Part shown: piece after piece, positions 1 to 7,501 of the stretch
How the letters are laid out: each line of letters begins with the position of its first letter
How positions within the stretch are numbered: position 1 is the stretch's first letter
DNA from: Alphaproteobacteria bacterium
GTDB lineage: Bacteria > Pseudomonadota > Alphaproteobacteria > UBA2136 > UBA6156
NCBI GenBank assembly: GCA_020249005.1
Contig: JADCGN010000005.1
Span: forward strand, 1-44,097
Length of the DNA stretch: 44,097 nucleotides
Direction of reading: 5' to 3'
The notes under the pieces: model-generated
Database searches by the model: none
Told to the model about the DNA's origin: nothing
Seen by the model: the letters and a program-made list of their open reading frames with translations, nothing else
Position numbers and translations under genes: made by a program

Positions 1-1150
1 GGGTAAGCTGCCAACGGGTCTCGTGGGGGGTGGTAAGGCTTTGTATCCACCCCAAACGACTAAATTCCTGGAATTCCGTCATTTTCACGGCAGCCTCCCA
101 GGCATCATTACCGTAAGTTTTTTGTAGCTGTATGATGTCGACTCCCTCAGCGAGACGAAAACCCGTAAACAACGTCTCCTGGATGGTTCTTACCGGATTC
201 AGGGGTTCCCAACTGATAAAGTGTTTAAAGTCGGTCATTGTTCCGCGCAGGTAAGCCTCGGGGAGCTTGCGGTTGGCGGTGGCCACCCGGGTTCCGTCGC
301 CAAGTGTCACCCGCCCGTGCGCCCCAGCCCCAACTCCAAGGTAATCCTCACCCCGCCACACGCCTAAATTATGGCGGCAGGCCTCATCCGCCTTGGCGAA
401 ATTGGAAATCTCATAATTTTCGTACCCAAAACCCTGCAAAATCTCCCGTGTGGCCTCAAAAAAGTCGGCCTCCGCATCAGCCTCCAACGGTTGCCACAAA
501 CCCTTCCGAACTTGTCCCCAAAACGCCGTATTGCGCTCAACCGTGAGTTGGTAGGCGGCAATGTGGCTTAACCCGCGTCCAGCCAGCTCCTGCAACAGGG
601 CCTGCCAGGCGGGCAAATCCTGCCCCGGTAGACCATAAATTACATCGGCATTCACCCGAGCAAACACCCGCTGGGCGGCATCCAGCGTCGCCAACGCACC
701 AGTGGCCTGGTGGGTGCGGCCCAGAAAGTGCAACCAGTCATCCCGCAAGCCCTGTACGCCAATGCTCAAGCGATTCACGCCAACCTGATGAATTTCTTTA
801 AAATAACGAGCGCCCAAGTCTTCCGCCACGCTGGTTGGGTTGCACTCCAGCGTGACTTCGGTTGTGGCTTGCCACCGCCCCAAATGCTTGGCAGCCTGTA
901 AAATCAACTGAATATCTGATGGCTGCATTAAGCTTGGGGTGCCGCCTCCAAAGAAGATACTCTGCAACGGGCGTTGCGGCGCAATCTGCCCGCACCACCA
1001 TTTAATTTCTTCAATAATCTTAGCGATATAGGCTTGACGAAGGGGGTCTGGCAGCCCGCTTTGGGGTATGGCGTGGCTGTTGAAATCACAGTACGGGCAC
1101 TTGGCCTTACACCAAGGCCAATGAACGTAAAGATGGAGGGGCGCTGACAT
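1..1150 (-). CDS. hemW: Radical-SAM heme chaperone HemW (coproporphyrinogen III oxidase-like); C-terminus runs off the left edge
   Basis: Absent from the ORF track because it has no stop in the window. My reverse translation from the ATG at 1150-1148 reads MSAPLHLYVHWPWCKAKCPYCDFNSHAIPQ...SIFFGGGTPSLM...NRLSIGVQGL..., which contains the CxxxCxxC radical-SAM triad. The frame stays open to position 1. The gene lies 17 nt downstream of rdgB, the usual synteny. Confidence 0.85.
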   Translation of the reverse strand, partial: MSAPLHLYVHWPWCKAKCPYCDFNSHAIPQSGLPDPLRQAYIAKIIEEIKWWCGQIAPQRPLQSIFFGGGTPSLMQPSDIQLILQAAKHLGRWQATTEVTLECNPTSVAEDLGARYFKEIHQVGVNRLSIGVQGLRDDWLHFLGRTHQATGALATLDAAQRVFARVNADVIYGLPGQDLPAWQALLQELAGRGLSHIAAYQLTVERNTAFWGQVRKGLWQPLEADAEADFFEATREILQGFGYENYEISNFAKADEACRHNLGVWRGEDYLGVGAGAHGRVTLGDGTRVATANRKLPEAYLRGTMTDFKHFISWEPLNPVRTIQETLFTGFRLAEGVDIIQLQKTYGNDAWEAAVKMTEFQEFSRLGWIQSLTTPHETRWQLT

Positions 1151-1166
1151 CGAAGATTGATTTCAA

Positions 1167-1775
1167 TCACGCGGCAATTTTTAAGGCCGCCAACAAGGCG
1201 GATACAGCCAGCTGCCGGTGCTGCTTTACCTGCGCCGCTGGTTCGCCCCGTTCCAGCCGTACGGCATTCGTGAGATGATGGTTTTCTCCAATAAAAATAG
1301 AATCATAACCAAACCCCCCGTAGCCGCTGCGCACGGGCGCCACCATGCCACGGTCAACCCCTTCCACGACGAGGGTTGGTTGGTTGGGTCTGGCCAACGC
1401 CAATACGCAATGAAAGGCAGCGGTGCGCGGGGTTTGTGGCGGCAGAGCCGCAAACGTATTTAAAAGCTCATCAGGGCCAGCATAAGTGGCTGTATCAACA
1501 CCCAACAGGTGCGGCAAGGCTGCGACAAACAGACCGGAGTCATCGGCCAATGCCCAGTGGCCCGTGGCCTGCGCTAGAGTTTCCGCCTTAAGCCGTGCAT
1601 TTCCGGCCAAAGTGCCACCTTCGGCGGCGGTTAATTCAACGGGTAAGGCCACCCCCACGTCCTTAGCAGGGATGAAATGCCGTTTAAGTGGCTGGAGAAG
1701 AATCATAAACTCGGCAATTTTGCCCGAATTGCTGGTGGCGAGAACCACGAGGTCGGTTGGACGCGTCGCTAGCAT
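1167..1775 (-). CDS. rdgB: Non-canonical purine NTP pyrophosphatase (dITP/XTP pyrophosphatase, Ham1/RdgB family)
   Basis: 202-aa ORF with VLATSNSGKIAEF near the N-terminus and GYGGFGYDSIF near the C-terminus, both typical of the RdgB/Ham1 family. It sits between rph and hemW. Confidence 0.9.
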   Translation of the reverse strand: MLATRPTDLVVLATSNSGKIAEFMILLQPLKRHFIPAKDVGVALPVELTAAEGGTLAGNARLKAETLAQATGHWALADDSGLFVAALPHLLGVDTATYAGPDELLNTFAALPPQTPRTAAFHCVLALARPNQPTLVVEGVDRGMVAPVRSGYGGFGYDSIFIGENHHLTNAVRLERGEPAAQVKQHRQLAVSALLAALKIAA

Positions 1776-1916
1776 GTGGCTGGCATCGCGTGCGAACCGT
1801 CACACTGTCAAGCCATGAAACGTATGAAAAAACGAATTTTGGAGCTCCTTGGCAAAAAAGCCACAAAGTAGAATATCAGTAAGCGTTGACTCAAATTTGG
1901 AAATGTTTCGCGATCC

Positions 1917-2672
1917 CTAAGTTTCCAGGGCAGCCGTGAGTACTTGGCGCTGTAAATCGAAAAGCTCATAGAGGCCTTTTTGCGCCAGTTGCTGCATGGT
2001 GGTTAATTCCTGCGCAGTCACCGGCCGCTGTTCGGCACTCAGCTGGACTTCCACCCAATGGCCACTGCCCGCCATGACGAAGTTGCCGTCGGCGAGCGTG
2101 GTTGAATCTTCTTGGTAGTCCATGTCGAGCACCACGCCGTCCGATGTCAGACCACAGGAGATTGCGGCCACCTGATCCCGCAGGACCGGAGCGGCGCTCT
2201 TGAGCAGCCGGCGGCTTTGCAGATGGTGAACCGCCACGCTGGCAGCGAGGTAAGATCCTGTAATAGCAGCGGTTCTGGTACCGCCATCGGCCACCAATAC
2301 GTCGCAATCAAGCCATAAGGTAAAACCATCCAAGGCCTTAAGGTCGGTCACCGCCCGTAGGCTGCGACCGATCAGGCGCTGGATTTCAATCGTACGCCCT
2401 TCTTGTTTTCCCTTGGTGGCCTCGCGGTCTTTACGCTCATGGGTGGCCCGCGGCAGCATACCGTACTCCGCGGTCAGCCACCCCTGCCCTTTGCCGCGGA
2501 GCCAGGCGGGCACTTTGTCTTGCACGCTGGCCGTACAAAGCACCTCGGTCTTACCAAAGCGGATTAGGCAGCTGCCTTCGGCATGGGGGTTCACACCGGT
2601 GGTGACCTTCACCTCGCGCAGGTCATGCGCCAGGCGCTGATCATGGCGGAGTTTAGAGGGCGTGAGAGTCAT
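1917..2672 (-). CDS. rph: Ribonuclease PH
   Basis: Contains GSCLIRFGKTEVLCTASV, GWLTAEYGMLPRAT and DCDVLVADGGTRTAAITG, characteristic of RNase PH. I chose the internal ATG at 2672 (MTLTPSKLRHDQR...) over the track start at 2747, which adds an atypical extension. Confidence 0.92.
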   Translation of the reverse strand: MTLTPSKLRHDQRLAHDLREVKVTTGVNPHAEGSCLIRFGKTEVLCTASVQDKVPAWLRGKGQGWLTAEYGMLPRATHERKDREATKGKQEGRTIEIQRLIGRSLRAVTDLKALDGFTLWLDCDVLVADGGTRTAAITGSYLAASVAVHHLQSRRLLKSAAPVLRDQVAAISCGLTSDGVVLDMDYQEDSTTLADGNFVMAGSGHWVEVQLSAEQRPVTAQELTTMQQLAQKGLYELFDLQRQVLTAALET

Positions 2673-2923
2673 ACACATTCTTTCCAATTGGTCCTTGGCC
2701 TGTTCATACGAGAAACTTCTCAGGCCGTAAAATAAATAAATACTCACATCAGAGGGGCAAACTTCCCCGGCGCCGTTTAAAAATGTTTTTTAATGCCGAT
2801 TCAACGGTTCTCCAGTGTGGACCGTGTGAAGTGAAGGAGGTGCGAGAGTCTCATAATTGTAACATGGGTTCATGTGAAACAATGTTTCTCAAAAGTCTCA
2901 AGAAGAGTAATCTTAGTGCAACA

Positions 2924-3394
2924 CTAAACGTTGTCCTTAAACCACGTTGCAACATCCTGCGCCTGTTGAGCAGGTGTGACCTTAGGCCACACCATCCGCA
3001 CCATACCAGTAGGGTCGACCAACACGCTCATGCGAGCCATGCCCATGTAAGTCCGTCCATACATGCTTTTTTCCTGCCAAGCGCCGTAAGCATCGGCCAT
3101 AACGTGCTCGGCATCGCTCAACAAGTTAAAATTAAGCTGTTCTTTTTCAATGAACTTCTGTAAAAGGGCAGGCTTATCGGGCGAGATCCCCACCACCGTA
3201 ACGCCTAGTTGGTCCAGCAAGGCTTGATTGTCTCTGACGGTACAGGCCTGAACGGTGCAACCAGGGGTCATCGCCTTAGGATAAAAGTATATAAGCAACC
3301 ACGTACCACGGTAATCCTTCAAACTGCGTTGAACCCCTGTGGCGTCGGGCAAAGCAAACGCGGGGGCGGGGGTGTTAAGTATGGGGAGGGGCAT
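2924..3394 (-). CDS. bcp: Thiol peroxidase Bcp (peroxiredoxin Q family)
   Basis: FALPDATGVQRSLKDYRGTWLLIYFYPKAMTPGCTVQAC carries the peroxiredoxin PxxxT/SxxC active site. I chose the start at the ATG at 3394 (MPLPILNT...), which is preceded by AAGGAAC. The track start at 3490 adds an unlikely hydrophobic extension. Confidence 0.85.
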   Translation of the reverse strand: MPLPILNTPAPAFALPDATGVQRSLKDYRGTWLLIYFYPKAMTPGCTVQACTVRDNQALLDQLGVTVVGISPDKPALLQKFIEKEQLNFNLLSDAEHVMADAYGAWQEKSMYGRTYMGMARMSVLVDPTGMVRMVWPKVTPAQQAQDVATWFKDNV

Positions 3395-3482
3395 GGGGAG
3401 GTTCCTTATCGTTGCTGCAAACATAAGCAATAAGGCGTGGCAGGGCAAGTGTGAAAACGCGCAGAATAGCGCATAAAAGGCC

Positions 3483-3974
3483 ATGAGCAAAACTGTGAAA
3501 ACCCCTCAAAAATCGGTGGCCAAGTCTCAACAGACTGGTGCTTCCGTAAAATCTTCCAAAATCGTCGATAAATCAAAAGAAACAAAGTCTAAATCGAATG
3601 GCCCATGGCATTTTTTGGCGCCAATCGATGTCTCGCTGGAAAATCGGCCCATTTTACGCCCGATTAACCCCGGCGAACGTCAGCTGGATTTGGCGGTGCA
3701 AACCGGGCATGCAGCTTTGCCACAGGATGATCTGGTGCAGGTTGACGTTCGCTTAAGAGCCCAGATTTCAATTCCTGAAGGACTTGCAGTAGTGGCGGAA
3801 GTGCATTGTTTAGGTATTGCAATTAAGTCGAAAGGTAGTGACCAGATTGCCGAGTTGCAAGAACAACTCTATGGCCCCACCCGTGCAGCCCTTCAGACAG
3901 TCTTGGCTTTGGCCGGTCACACGCCACCCCTTCCCACCACGTTGCAGGAGATCTTATCTTTAAAAAACCAATAG
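3483..3974 (+). CDS. Hypothetical protein with a K/S-rich N-terminal tail; possible SecB-like fold (weak)
   Basis: 163-aa ORF in a visibly AT-richer stretch, followed by a hairpin plus T-run. The C-terminal half (VQVDVRLRAQISIPEGLAVVAEVHCLGIAIKSKG...LYGPTRAALQTVLALAGHTPPLP) resembles the SecB chaperone pattern by eye only. Confidence 0.5.
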   Translation: MSKTVKTPQKSVAKSQQTGASVKSSKIVDKSKETKSKSNGPWHFLAPIDVSLENRPILRPINPGERQLDLAVQTGHAALPQDDLVQVDVRLRAQISIPEGLAVVAEVHCLGIAIKSKGSDQIAELQEQLYGPTRAALQTVLALAGHTPPLPTTLQEILSLKNQ

Positions 3975-3995
3975 ATAAGCTTCCTTTTTATATTT

Positions 3996-4018
3996 CCCCC
4001 AGGCCCGGGGGATTTTTT
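3996..4018 (+). terminator. Rho-independent terminator candidate after the 3483-3974 ORF
   Basis: Stem CCCCC (3996-4000) pairs with GGGGG (4007-4011), followed by TTTTTT (4013-4018). Confidence 0.5.
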
Positions 4019-4135
4019 ATAGAATAATATCATATGATGCACTCATGCAACTTTTAAATAAAATTGGCACTTCTACAAAATTCTTTTAATCCATCATTTA
4101 AAGAACTTGAGCGATAGCGGTTGTGGCAAAGCCAA

Positions 4136-4159
4136 TAAAAAGCCGCCCGGCCGGGCGGC
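4136..4159 (-). terminator. Rho-independent terminator candidate after yggT
   Basis: The 18-nt perfect palindrome GCCGCCCGGCCGGGCGGC (4142-4159) is followed on the minus strand by TTTTTATT, just downstream of the yggT stop at 4182. Confidence 0.55.
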
Positions 4160-4181
4160 GATTTGGTGGGGTAAATTATTG

Positions 4182-4481
4182 TTATTGCGACATTTCCATC
4201 GCCATCCGGCTCAGGACTTTCAAAATTCCGGTGCGGACAAAGAAAATGATGGCGATGAGGGCCACGGGGGTGAGGTCCAAACCGCCGATCAAAGGAATGT
4301 AGGGGCGGAGCCTCTCAAACACCGGCTCGGTGAGGTTCCGGAGAATCCGTACCAATGGGTTGAGCGGGTCGGGGTTGGTCCAGGAAAGGATGACAGCCGC
4401 CAGAATCACGAACGTGTAGATCAACAACAGGTAATCAAGCAGCGTGACCGCCGAGTAGAGGGGATAACCGAGAGCGTACAT
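4182..4481 (-). CDS. yggT: YggT family integral membrane protein
   Basis: 99-aa hydrophobic ORF. The segment ILSWTNPDPLNPLVRILRNLTEPVFERLRPYIPLIGGLDLTPV is the typical YggT/Ycf19 core. Confidence 0.8.
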   Translation of the reverse strand: MYALGYPLYSAVTLLDYLLLIYTFVILAAVILSWTNPDPLNPLVRILRNLTEPVFERLRPYIPLIGGLDLTPVALIAIIFFVRTGILKVLSRMAMEMSQ

Positions 4482-4545
4482 GAGAGGGCACTTTCTTTCT
4501 GAGAAGTTTTATCATAGAGTGCGGCAAAACAAGGGAGATTTGCCC

Positions 4546-4842
4546 ATGAAACATGCAACCTTGCTACTCCTTGCCGGCCTGGCGCTGACCGTGGGGGGGG
4601 GTGCTAATGCGGCGACCGGCTTGCCGGTTGGCAGCGTGGCCTGCTTAAGTTTGAAGGATGCGCAGGATTATGCGCAATACCAACGGACCGCGCCCGATTT
4701 TGCCAAGGATCTCATGGCCCGGGCGGACTGCTACGTTATCCAAGAGCCGGCGGAAGCTGTGCAACAAGGTCGTCCGGAAGGCGGTTTCCAGGCCTACAAG
4801 TTGCTTTCTGGCCATAAGGTCTGGTTGCCAATCGCCCGTTAG
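4546..4842 (+). CDS. Small secreted protein, unknown function
   Basis: ATG at 4546 preceded by AAGGGAGA. Signal peptide MKHATLLLLAGLALTVGGGANA. Two cysteines. First gene of the co-directional block 4546-11097. Confidence 0.55.
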   Translation: MKHATLLLLAGLALTVGGGANAATGLPVGSVACLSLKDAQDYAQYQRTAPDFAKDLMARADCYVIQEPAEAVQQGRPEGGFQAYKLLSGHKVWLPIAR

Positions 4843-4878
4843 GTTGCGGGGGGTGCCGCAGGACCTTATGCTAAAAGC

Positions 4879-6156
4879 ATGAGGCAGGATTTTACCCCAC
4901 TGGTTGCGTTGCTAGTGTTAAATGCAGCTCTTGTGCTACAAGAGGTTAATGCCCAGATAAGCAATGAAGAGCTTCAAAGGTTTAGAACTCAAATTGAGGA
5001 TTTGAGAATCCAAGTAGGAGAAGAGGATTCCAAGACTTTGAGAAATGAACTGCAACAAAGTTCTCAAAATCTCGTCAATCAATTGGGCATTAGTCAATCA
5101 TTGGGTGTGAACCAGCGTGACTTCCCCTATTTGGGGAATGTCTATAACTCCGCCTGTAATTATGCTGGACGCGACAGTTTTCCACAATCCGTGGTGTGCA
5201 GTATTAAACCACCGTTAATAGCTAATACAGCAACTTATGAATATTGGGAACCAGCGGCAATTGTTGAAGTCTCCTGCCAAAAAGGCTTTAGTTTGTTAAA
5301 ACCCGGGTTCATGGGGCAGGGGGCCTCAATCGCCGGTAAACCGGTGCAGCCCGGCCAATGTGGCAGCGGGCCGAATTGGTTTTTCGAAGTCCGCGTATGG
5401 GCGTCAAACCCAGCCCCCAATGCCGACCGCCGGCTCAGTAGCTTAAGCTATCAGGAGTATTTATGGACGGGCCGGGGGACTTGTCACGCCGATGGTACCC
5501 AAAGAGCCTCCGAGTATGGCTATGGAAGGAAGAATAACTTTGCCAAAGGGCCGGCGACCGGACCGGGCGGAAGCTTTGAAGCCTATATTTCCGATAATGA
5601 TCCCGCCTGGTCGCGCCAACTCACGCCTGATCAGGCTACCCAACAAATGCAGCAAGCCAAAAAGCCGCCCGTCAACCAGCCTGAATGCCAAGAAAACACC
5701 CCGAATATCCAAGCCTGTTGGGGCGACCCAAGCCAACAAAACGGCTGGGTCACGCATCCCAACCGTGCCGTAGCCGCTGCGCTCGCTGGATATCGGGGGC
5801 TCCTCAAGGCACAGGGCATGAATCGGGTGGCCACGCCCATCCAAGCAGGCTGGCGGATGAGTATGGATTACCCGTTTGTCAAAAGCCCCTCCTCCTATGC
5901 ACAGGCGATGGGGATGCCCACGCAGGGCAACACCCGTCACCGGGGGTCGGATTGTTTTGTCCCCGGAGATGGTGGCGCGTGGTGGTTTACCACCGGCAGA
6001 CAAGGACGGAGCCCGCGCGCCTTGCAGGCTGTAACAAATCCTTCGGCAACAGCCAATGCAGATCTGGGCACCTACATCTTTTCTTATTGGGTCAAAACCA
6101 GCTGCACGGTTTACGATAAAAAAGGCGGAATTTGTCAGGATACTTACCATTATTAA
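4879..6156 (+). CDS. TraU-family (F-type conjugative pilus assembly) periplasmic protein homologue with an extra N-terminal coiled-coil segment
   Basis: Signal-like N-terminus. The motifs CSIKPPL...YEYWEPAAIVEV, NWFFEVRVW, ISDNDPAWS, GWRMSMDYPF and a C-terminal YIFSYWVKTSC align by eye with F-plasmid TraU (IGYWEP, FYHVHWY, EIDPTWTD, WRYQMVNMYP, YLMWRKRNC). Confidence 0.7.
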   Translation: MRQDFTPLVALLVLNAALVLQEVNAQISNEELQRFRTQIEDLRIQVGEEDSKTLRNELQQSSQNLVNQLGISQSLGVNQRDFPYLGNVYNSACNYAGRDSFPQSVVCSIKPPLIANTATYEYWEPAAIVEVSCQKGFSLLKPGFMGQGASIAGKPVQPGQCGSGPNWFFEVRVWASNPAPNADRRLSSLSYQEYLWTGRGTCHADGTQRASEYGYGRKNNFAKGPATGPGGSFEAYISDNDPAWSRQLTPDQATQQMQQAKKPPVNQPECQENTPNIQACWGDPSQQNGWVTHPNRAVAAALAGYRGLLKAQGMNRVATPIQAGWRMSMDYPFVKSPSSYAQAMGMPTQGNTRHRGSDCFVPGDGGAWWFTTGRQGRSPRALQAVTNPSATANADLGTYIFSYWVKTSCTVYDKKGGICQDTYHY

Positions 6157-6191
6157 TGTTTCACGCGTAACAACATAAAGAAAAGCGCTGC

Positions 6192-7034
6192 ATGAAAACC
6201 CCATATTTTATCCTAAGCGCAACACTGGTTGCAGGTACGGCGCTGGCCCAAACGGCGCTTGAACGCAAATACACGCCCTGCGTCGACTACTTCCAAGTTG
6301 GCGGAAGTCGTTGCGCCGCTACAGCCAGTCCGGCAATAGCCCCTGCCCCACCCAACCCTGTACCAACGGCCCCGGCAGCACGGCCCGCCACCGACCCAGT
6401 CCAAGCCTTTCTGGATAACCACGGCAAGCCGCCGCGTGAGTTCGCCGAATTCTATGTGAATCCTACCCCTGAGAACGCCCGTCGTTGGGTCGAGGCGTTT
6501 CGCGCGCAGCAGAGCAAGGCGAACGCCATGGCCGAGGCCTGGCGGCAGGCGGAACGGGCATTTCCAAGCCCAACCGAGTTGCCACGTCCGGCGTCAGCTC
6601 CAGCCCAGCCCGTTGCAGCCCCGGTTGCGGCACCAATGGCAACTCCCACAGCGCCAACCCCCACGGCCCCTCGCCTAGGCCGCTTTGCCACACCTGCCGA
6701 ACAGCTCCCCATCCTGGTGTATTATTTTAGTGCCAGTTGCCCCTTTTGTGCCCGGTTAAAGCCCGACCTGATGGCCATCACCCAAGCCACCCAAGGCAAG
6801 TTACTATTTACTTGCGTCGATCTTACGCCGCTTTCGCCGCGCCAGGCACCCAGCCCAGGCAACCGGACAGGGTTGCCGTGTGACTGGCGCTTGCCGCAAC
6901 CGGGCGAATTAGAACGGCTGCAAATCCGCCAAACCCCCACGTTGCTGATCAGTCGGCCCGGCCAAGGCGGCCAGCGCTTGACGGGCATCATTCCGCCGAG
7001 CCAGCTACAAACGGCCTTATTTGGCCAAAATTAA
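6192..7034 (+). CDS. TraF/TrbB-like thioredoxin-fold periplasmic protein
   Basis: Signal peptide MKTPYFILSATLVAGTALA. Contains the TraF-type segment FYVNPTPENARRWVEAFRAQQSKANAMAEAWRQAE, a Pro/Ala-rich linker, and a thioredoxin-like domain with YYFSASCPFCARLKPDL (CxxC). Confidence 0.7.
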   Translation: MKTPYFILSATLVAGTALAQTALERKYTPCVDYFQVGGSRCAATASPAIAPAPPNPVPTAPAARPATDPVQAFLDNHGKPPREFAEFYVNPTPENARRWVEAFRAQQSKANAMAEAWRQAERAFPSPTELPRPASAPAQPVAAPVAAPMATPTAPTPTAPRLGRFATPAEQLPILVYYFSASCPFCARLKPDLMAITQATQGKLLFTCVDLTPLSPRQAPSPGNRTGLPCDWRLPQPGELERLQIRQTPTLLISRPGQGGQRLTGIIPPSQLQTALFGQN

Positions 7035-7136
7035 AGATTTTTAAGGTGTGACTCGCGCGGCCCTGTCAGGTGGCCTTGCGTGGTGATCGATAGGGACTTG
7101 TCAGCAACCCCGAGAAAGAACAAGAATTGGTGTATC

Positions 7137-7478
7137 ATGGTTGAACTTGCCCAAGGCTCGAATAACCTCTCGCTGCATAAGCCTGAAGAGGTGGGATTGG
7201 CCCGTAGCCGGCTGATATGGGTAATGAAACCCTTAGGATTCCTCGTATTAGTCCTCTGGGTGCTGCATCCGGGCGTGAGTGACCGGGCGGAAATCGGCAC
7301 GATGCTGTTGCTGGGGTTCTTGTTAGGCGCAGCTTACGGCCTGGTGCACTATGGCGCCCAACTACGCCAATATCTTACCCTGCGCCCTTTGGCGGCCCGG
7401 CAGCAGAGCAACCGTATTCCCGCCGAATATTACTGGGGCGAAATCAATCAAGTGTTGTATGATAACAACGCGCGCTAA
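7137..7478 (+). CDS. Small two-helix membrane protein, candidate detached membrane anchor of the downstream coupling-protein ATPase
   Basis: Two hydrophobic helices (LGFLVLVLWVLHPGV and IGTMLLLGFLLGAAYGLVHYG). It ends 23 nt before the ATPase gene, in a different frame. The start is uncertain: GTG 7080, ATG 7137 or ATG 7224. Confidence 0.45.
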   Translation: MVELAQGSNNLSLHKPEEVGLARSRLIWVMKPLGFLVLVLWVLHPGVSDRAEIGTMLLLGFLLGAAYGLVHYGAQLRQYLTLRPLAARQQSNRIPAEYYWGEINQVLYDNNAR

Positions 7479-7501
7479 GAATTTGAAAGATAATTAAGCC
7501 A

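Noticed and set aside
238-1170. Several short track ORFs (238-546, 364-561, 371-571, 710-901, 798-1001, 928-1170).
   Set aside because: All lie inside the hemW reading frame, which is open from 1150 to the window edge and carries the radical-SAM motif. They are alternative-frame noise.
6590-6680. A Pro/Ala/Thr-rich stretch (APAQPVAAPVAAPMATPTAPTPTAP) in the TraF-like gene, considered as a possible tandem DNA repeat.
   Set aside because: The repeats are only loosely similar at the DNA level. It is best explained as a low-complexity interdomain linker.
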